Shown here piece by piece: positions 47,336-48,894 of a stretch of 48,894 bases of DNA. Positions within the stretch are counted from its first letter, which is position 1. The number at the start of each line of letters is the position of its first letter. The position numbers and the translations under genes are program-made. The notes under the pieces were generated by a model. It was given only the letters and a program-made list of their open reading frames with translations, was not told where the DNA came from and ran no database searches. The DNA is from Octopus bimaculoides (taxonomy: Eukaryota). The stretch covers positions 52,881,073-52,929,966 of the forward strand of contig NC_068990.1 in NCBI RefSeq assembly GCF_001194135.2, read 5' to 3'.

Positions 47336-47377
<42 letters not shown>

Positions 47378-47805
47378 CCTTTCTACTTTAGGCACAAGAC
47401 CTGAAATTTTGGGGAGGGGATTATTCAATTACATCAACCCCAGTGTTTCACTGGTACTTAATTTATTGATCCCGAAAGCATGAAAGACAAAGTCGACCTC
47501 AGCTGAATTTGAACTCAGAATGTAACGACAGACAAAATACCACTAAGCATTTTGCCTGGTGTGCTAACAATTCTGCCAGCTCACTGCTTCAATAATAATA
47601 ATGATAATTTCAAATTTTGCCACAGGGGCAGAAATTTTGGGTGAGAGGGTGAGTCGATTACATCAAACCTAGTGTTCAACTGATGCTTATTTTATTGACC
47701 CCGAAAGAATGATCTTGGCAGAATTTAAACTCAGAATGTAGCAATGAGCAAAATACCGCGAGGCATTTCATCTGGCGCACTAACGATTCTGCCAGCTCAC
47801 CACCT
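47378..47805 (-). mobile_element. Two tandem (ATT)n-tailed SINEs (~47378-47590 and ~47615-47805)
   Basis: Each matches the 44001-44213 family and they are separated by (AAT)n. Confidence 0.85.
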
Positions 47806-47807
47806 TC

Positions 47808-47854
<47 letters not shown>

Positions 47855-48224
47855 CAACAACTTGTGGAAAGAGTCACTGTGAGACCTTTGACAACAGGTT
47901 GCTGTCTGCTCTCACCAGAGCAGTAAGATCAGTAATTAACCAGAACAAGTAAGATCAAAAGCTCTGAGAAGTAAAATATAATAACGAATAGGACCTGTGA
48001 AAATTCTACAGCATATTTGGAAACATTGTTAAATTAAACACAAGCAAGGAATTTCTTAAATTTTTTTGAAATACTGCTATTTAAACAAACTACTTTTAAA
48101 TATAATCAAAATGAACTTTAGAAGGTATTGCTTATTTCTTTCTTTTAATATATTTGGCAGATGTCATGTACTTTATGATTTAAGAAAGTAAAAGATAAAC
48201 TAAAATAAAACCTATTCATATATA

Positions 48225-48894
48225 CAGGGGTTGGACAAAATAATGGAAACACCTAGCATCATAGCATCATAATTTTGAAATATCTATAAAACCGTCAAAA
48301 GCTTGTTTATTTTTATGTTTTTTGATTTATTATTAGTGTTGCTTAATATGTTTTGCTGAAATTGTTGTTTCTTTGCAGATATCATCAGAAAAAGGTAATT
48401 AAAATTCATTAAAATGACAAATCTATCGGACTTACAAAGAGGTCAAATTATTGGTGTTCGTATGGCAGGTGCTAGCGTAAGATAAACAGCCGAAATGTTT
48501 GGTGTATCAAGAAGTATTGTCTTGAAAGTAATGACAGTCTTTGAGAAGGAGGGAAAAACCTCCTCATCAAACAAAATTCCGGAAGAAAACCAAACTTTCA
48601 GATAGGGACCGTCAGACTCTTACGTGAATTTTTAGAAAGGATCACAAAAGTACAGCTCCCAAAATTACTGCAGAGCTTAATGACCACCCCGAGAACCCAG
48701 TTTCCACAAAAACTGTTCGCCGGGAGCTGCACAAAGCCAGATTTCACTGGAGGGCTGGAATCAGAAAACCACTACTTTCAAAAGCAAACGTTGCAAAGCA
48801 TTTAGAGTGGAGTAAAAACCTACAGAATTGGTCCCTAGAACCATGGAAGAATGTTATTTTCTCAGACGAGTCATCCTTTACCTTATTTCCGACC
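48225..48894 (+). mobile_element. Tc1-family element, 5' part (runs off the window); transposase pseudogene from 48414
   Basis: TA|caggggttggacaaaataatggaaacacc TIR start; translates MTNLSDLQRGQIIGVRMAGASVR*TAEMFGVSRS...SGRKP...VSTKTVRRELHKA..RKPLLS...WKNVIFSDESSF. Confidence 0.93.

Overview
This is AT-rich, CpG-depleted eukaryotic DNA with five assembly gaps, mostly next to microsatellites. The SINE, RTE and Penelope repeats resemble those of octopod cephalopods; that assignment is inferred from remembered repeat families and was not searched. No complete cellular gene can be read. Three short, well-flanked candidate exons on + (10265-10293, 10779-10823, 16742-16775) suggest the window is mostly intron of an unidentified gene. 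The rest is a layered transposon graveyard. Retroelements include RTE, CR1/L2-like, R4/Dong-like and Penelope-like fragments plus several tRNA-headed SINE families. DNA elements include a near full-length mariner, a Tc1, a Mutator with a 9-bp TSD, a piggyBac MITE and transposase fragment, and an internally deleted Helitron. There is also a 5S rRNA pseudogene. The most interesting signals are: a 540-bp fold-back whose arms each carry a minimal type I hammerhead-ribozyme fold; a 1.7-kb inverted pair of Penelope 3' ends; a TIR/TSD-bounded mini-element filled with TTAGGG-like repeats; a locally templated copy of a dead Tc1 inserted into a SINE; and a pile-up of SINEs and R4/Dong fragments on (AAT)n. 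No CRISPR or prokaryotic system is present.
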